Part shown: positions 58,524 to 64,000 of the stretch, piece after piece | How the letters are laid out: every line of letters begins with the position of its first letter | How positions within the stretch are numbered: the stretch's first letter is position 1 | The notes under the pieces: generated by a model | The model's database searches: none | Told to the model about the DNA's origin: nothing | Seen by the model: the letters and a program-made list of their open reading frames with translations, nothing else | Translations under genes and position numbers: made by a program | Assembly (NCBI GenBank): GCA_004431415.1 | Contig: QPMI01000459.1 | Location: 62,001-126,000, forward strand | Length of the DNA stretch: 64,000 nt | Origin: Cyanophora paradoxa CCMP329 | Lineage: Eukaryota; Plantae; Glaucophyta | Direction of reading: 5' to 3'

Positions 58524-61500
58524 ACTCCTCTTCCGCTGACGTCGCGTCCGCGCGACGTAGCCAGTCAAACCGTGACTCCAGTCGGTATAGCCGCAAGAGG
58601 GCGCCCCCAACACCGCCGATGGGTGCGCTGCTCGAGGGCACCGACAGGCCCCAAGACGAGGAACCTGAGCCACAGTCCGGGACCGGAATGCAGACAGCTG
58701 CAGGCCAGGTAGAAGGCCAGGTAGCTGTAGATCGATCCGTCCAGGTCGTATGCAAGGCATGGCAGGTGAGGCAAATGCGTGCATGCGGGAAAGCTCGAAA
58801 GGGAAAAGCATAAAAACTCGAAAGGTGTAAACGCTGGCCCAAACTCACTCCAAACGGCGAGGGCCGCTGGAGAGTGGCACGGATGGGAAGTTTCACCGCC
58901 TCGGGAAGAAACCAACGAGGAGGTATCCGGGCCGCCCATCAGGCCCAACGAAAGAGCAGGGCACGGCTTGAGCGGACCGCCCGACAACACCTGCTTCTCG
59001 GGGCCAGATGTGCCAGCAAAGCTCACGCTCAACCACTCTTTTTCAAGCTCGTGGGCCCAGGCTCCAGAAAAGTGAACGAAAGGCTCTGAACGGCGCCCGC
59101 TACTGATCGTCTCACCCGACAAGACGGTGGCCCGACCAGTAGCGACCCGCTCCTCGGCCAAGACTGAGGCAAAGCGAGCAAAGAAATCTGCCCCACGGCG
59201 CAGCGACCGCGAGCAGCATCGGGGCAAGGTATAGATTGGTTCGGATTGTTTGGTTGGGGAAGGGTCTGCTGAAGCTTGTTGCAATTGACCGTCCGGTTCG
59301 CACGCCTTAAAGGCGGGGTTTGCGTCTGCCGGCTTCCAATCCACAGCCGGCTTGCAAATGCGTCGAGCGGAATATTTTATTCCAGGCTCAGACGGCTGTC
59401 GGTGCGGCCAGAGTGGATTCATGAAGCATGCAGCCGACGTCGACGTCGATATGAGCGGCGACCTTGCATTCGCGTGCGTCTCGAGCTCGGGCTCGTGACC
59501 AAGTGCACACGATGCAGGTACGAGCCCTTGAGCCGCTCAACATCGCAGGATGTAAATGCTCCAACGATCCCGTGACTGCTTTGGCGCTTCCGTACGAGTC
59601 GGGTTGCGCGGCTTGCAGTGCAGGGTCCGATCTGCACGGCTCCCGGCTCTGATCACGAGGGCCGCAGAGTGCACGGTTGCACTTCCGCGGCGGGATCACG
59701 AGGCCAAAGACGCGGAGCCGCCGAACTCGATGCTGAAGGCAAGCGAGTTCAAGGTCGCTCACGTACATCGGAGGGGAATCGAGCAGGGTCGGAGCTCGTG
59801 AAGCATACGCCAGGCCCCGAACACGCGCTGGGGCGTGAGGGCTGCAGTGCACACGTAGAGCCACGCATGGCCACGGGACGGAGGCGCCCGCTTGGCGAAC
59901 GCAGAGCAGTGTACGTGTGCGCTGGCACTGGCGTTTGTGTATGGCCTGGAACGAGATGGGGAGCCTCGGGGAGGGTCTCGCGCTCACGGCGTGCGTGACA
60001 TCGCAGCGCTAAGCTGCTGGCGATGAGACCAGGTGTCAACGCTCCAGCTAGACGCGGCCGTCAATCGAAGGCGCGCGTGCTGGCCGCGAATCCCATCAGT
60101 CGTTCCCTCGGCCTGGTCTTCCTGGGATCCGGCCGCAGCCAGGCTCGTTGGCGAGCTTGGCGGGTCATGATCACAGGAAGGGGTTCTGCAGCGATCCGCG
60201 AGACTGCATATTCGCGGTGCCGAGACCCTCGGATTTGCGACCGATTCGCCAGCCTTCGCCGTGGGCTCGTTTCGATCGCATCCCAATACCAGGCGATCAG
60301 GCGAAGCTGACGAACGGCGAATCCTTCAGAGACTCAGATCTCTTGATCATGATCGGGGATCCGAATTCGTGTTCTGTGCGTAGCCAGACCGCAACACGGC
60401 GTGCAGTCGGCTGCTGAGATCCGATTCCGATCCTTAGGAGGCCGCATCGGTGAGTAGTGCGAGCGAGTGCACTGGCCGTAGCTGTGCTCTCAAGCTCTGT
60501 CGAAACAGCACTTGCCAGTCCGTTCCGGACACGGTCACTGGCTGTGCACGTAACAACAGGGCCTGATGGCCATCAGCCCCAGTAGCATCGCCACCGATGG
60601 GTTTCCGAGGCGGAATGTAGTTCGCCAATATTAATGGCGAGACCCGGATCCCGGCAAGCCGCCGTGCGAGGGGACCTCAAGGCGGTCGGCTTGGTCCGAT
60701 CGCTCATGATCAGCCTGCGGGCGGCGGCGCGCGCTGGCCATGGGGCAGGCTGCTGATTTGCAGGCCATGGGGCGGCGCGCGCGTAGCAGGCGTGACTGCG
60801 CGCTTGAGTCTGATTCCGACTCCTCTTCCACTGAAGAGGGGAAGTCGGGGCGTGGCAGGAATGCGCCGATCGGAGAGGCGCTCCAGCGTCGGGCCAAGAG
60901 GCGCGCGTGCTTCGGCTCGAGTGCATGTGCACGTACTCCTCTTCCGCTGAAGAGCGGAAGCCGTAGCACGGCGAGCTGCTCCTGATGCCACTCCTCTTTG
61001 GTTAAGCACCGTCCCCGGTGCTCTACCGTCTTCCGCGAAAATTTGGCACGCTGGGGCCGCTGGGATCCGTGATTGGATCGGGGCAGCATGGCCGTGGTGG
61101 GGAAATTCGCGATTGCGGGTCGAAAGAACGGCGAGGCCTAGGCATGATCATGCACGACCGGAACCGCCTCTCTTTCGTTGTATTCCATGGCGTTCCGGGC
61201 CGCTGCCTCTCTCGATTTGGGTTCAATCGAGGGGCGAGCGCGAGCCGCGGGGCCAGAGCGATGTTGAATTGATGTTGGCCTCGATTTGAATCGAGCTGTG
61301 GGCAACTGAGCAATTGCGACGGCCGGCCACGATTGTGCCGATCGCGAGTCAATCGCACTGCAGTTCCCGCCGTTCGAATTTCGCGATTCGATCGGACGCC
61401 AGTCGTGTCGAGCACGAGGGCATCGAGCCTCGGAGCTTCGAGTCTCGAGCGGGCGTCGATCAATCAAGGCCTGGGCCGAGCTTCCGAAACACGATTTTGC

Positions 61501-64000
61501 ATATCTAGCGCTCGGCTGTGTATGCTCGTGTCTGTTGGCCCGTGTTGCCGCTTTTCGCGGTTTTTAGGCCAGGCGCCGGGGTGCCAGCACCCAGATTTAT
61601 GGAGCGGCCTCAGTGAATGAAGCTGGTGACGGTGGGTGCGCCACTGCCGGGAATAAGATCCCGGGTCGCCACCGCCCAGCGCAAAACGAATTTGACAGCT
61701 ACGTCGAACTCGTTCGCTCGCAGGAGCGCCAGCTGCATGCAGCCGGGCCCGCGTGACTTGGTATGCGCGAACGTCCGATGGTCCGGGTTGCGGGGTAGAA
61801 TTTGAGAAAATCCGCGCCGCTGCTCGGGACGAGAGCCCGGCCGGCGGTTCGCCAGCGAAAATCGACGACTTTCGCCATGCTGGGCCCTCGCGAAATTTCG
61901 CGAGCCGAGAGGTACGAAATCGGCCGTGCGTGCGCGGTCCGACGGTCTGGCCTTCTCGAGCGGGCCGCGTACGCGTAGCCTACATCTCGGTTCCGATCGC
62001 AAGCCGCGCGCGGCGTCGGGGCGGAATCGCGAGATCGAGGTCGACCGTCGGACTCGGTGATCATGAGTCGCAAGAGCCGTGACCGCTTTAGTAAGCGTCC
62101 GAACCAGGCTCAGCGGCTGGTCTGAGGCTGAGGATGATGCATATGCTTGGCCGAAGGGCCGTGCAAGGGCCGGGCCACTGGGCATGGCCAAGCACACGTG
62201 GGCGCGAAATTAAATTGCCGCACTCTAGTGCTGCAAAATTTTCGTGGCGACGCGAAGTGATTCGCATGCACAGATCTAGAGGGCCCGGGAAACGTCCGGC
62301 GCGAAGATTGTGCACGTGGGCGCCCTCACGTCCGCTGGCGTGCGCCGTGACGGCCTCGCCACCGCAGCAGCCGGCCACGGGCGTGCACTGCGGCCGCCGG
62401 GCACAAGTGCATGTGCAGAGCGCGGCTGCGCATGCCGTGGTATTGATGGCTGGGCGCCAGCCGCCGTACGTAGCGTAGCAGCACCACAGGGATCGGCAGG
62501 TGGGCGCCGCGGCGTGCAACCGACGCGGTTGGTTCCCAGCCGCAGGAGCGGAACCGGTAGCGGCCGGTTGCAGGAGCCGTGCTCGTGCATACGAGCGTCA
62601 ATATCGTGCCGACGATATCATGCACGATCGCAAGCGTTCCCTTAGCGGACCGGGGGCCGGGCCCCGATGCTCTCGAGAGAAATGACGATAGAGCTCTCGC
62701 TCGCTGTCTCGCAGTGGGCCGTGGCGGCTTTTGAGAGAGCAGACGATGAAGCTCAGCGGCTTTTGCTCGCTGTCTCTCGTTGGCCGTGGCGGGTGTTCCG
62801 GAGTGTGAAGCCGGCAGATTCCACCAGCTAGGCGGGAACGGCTTTCCGAAAATTGGATACCGTACGCGTGGCTTGCGCACGGGCCAGCCACTAGGGCTCG
62901 CCGGCGCTGCCGCGCAGATCGAGAACGGGCTGGGGATCATCGGATCCGGCGCCGCGCCCACGGTCCCGAATCATTGAATTCCGGATTCGCATTGCGATGC
63001 TTTCGAATTTGGGTGCCGCAGTGCGGTCGACAGGTTCGCTTCGCTCGGTAGCGAATTACGATTTCTGCAGCTCGTGCAGTCTTCCCTGCCTCATCCTCTC
63101 TCCCACCGCGTTTTAGCGGGAGGTCGAGGCATGAACGTTAACGTGCCGCAAGGCGGGTGGGGCTGAAGGCCGCGTGCGCAGGCTTGGCGGCGAGCGGCCG
63201 TGCCGAGGCCTGGGCCTGCCGCCGTGCGGTCACGTGTAAATTTTGCGGGCCGGGCTGCGAGCCCTAAAGGCTGCGCTACGGTGCGAAAAATGCCCGCAGC
63301 CAGCACCAGCTGCAGCATCGCCGGGTTTGGCGAAGTGGTGCACAGGTTCCGGCTCAGGGCGGCGGCAATGCTCTTTTCGAGCTAGCGCTGCCCTTGGCGG
63401 GCTGGCATCGCCAGCGCCGTTCTCGGAGTGCTCGCGCGAATGTACTACGGTATGCCGCTGCAAATCGCGACCGTACATTCGATAGCTGGATCGGCGCTCT
63501 GTAGCACGGCGCTCCATTACAGCGCCTCATCAGCGCTAGCCGAGCGGCGTGCCGGCGTTGGCAGAGAGAGCCGGGCGCTGTTCAGCGCAGCCGATCGTCC
63601 GTTCGCGATCACGAGTCGACGTCGTTTCGCGAGTCGGTCCGGGGCCACGGGGCCGTGTGCGCAGCCTCTTTGAGAAAGCTACCGCATAAGTGCTCAGGCT
63701 TCGAATTTTTCGCGGCGCTCAGCGCGGCTGCTCAGCGGCTGCATCCGATATCCGGTCGCGATATCGATGCATATGCTGTGGGCCTGCAGCCGGGGCTGAG
63801 ACCCGCGCCTGCAACACACACGTGCACGTGCACGCGGTTTATGCAAGGTAGGGCTAGCCGTTTAGTTTTGTTTAACGGTTACAGCCTTTATTCCCGCTGG
63901 CCATGGTGGCTGCGGCTTGAATATTTGTGGCGCTCGCGATCGGTGTCCGCGTCCGCGGCCACGCGATTGCACGTGCAAAGAGTCGTGCGCGGCTCGACAA
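58524..64000 (-). mobile_element. Internal region of the LTR element (no recognisable gag/pol in window)
   Basis: Follows the PPT; the interrupted flank (cagtgcccgcc...) does not resume within the window. Confidence 0.5.

Noticed and set aside
1-64000. Naming the host (style suggests a GC-rich protist or alga, such as a glaucophyte); rRNA or tRNA genes
   Set aside because: No diagnostic marker in the window, and no rRNA or tRNA signature seen.

Overview
GC-rich eukaryotic DNA with many short spliceosomal introns (GT-AG and frequent GC-AG); the host cannot be named from sequence alone. Scattered 1-bp indels between near-identical copies suggest some long-read assembly errors. The left half is a recent ~9.8-kb tandem duplication (686-18084 / 18085-28230), made by unequal crossover between a decayed EF-hand gene copy and the intact one. 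Comparing the copies gives filled and empty sites for a 7.48-kb single-ORF APE-RT-RNase H non-LTR retrotransposon (16-bp TSD) and two short poly(A) retroposons. The right half holds a multi-EF-hand gene, an F-box/LRR-like gene, a probable 3xHMG-box-PAH-coiled-coil-HECT E3 gene with a CACTA element in intron 1, an intron-rich bacterial-type glycerol dehydrogenase, a second tandem duplication, and the 3' LTR/PPT end of an LTR element. Most notable: (i) a family of TSD-flanked, poly(A)-tailed non-autonomous retroposons sharing a 108-nt structured 3' module, one member carrying a protein-coding gene that still has three spliceosomal introns; (ii) a recurring mutation type, micro inverted triplications (x-revcomp(x)-x), seen directly in paralog comparisons.
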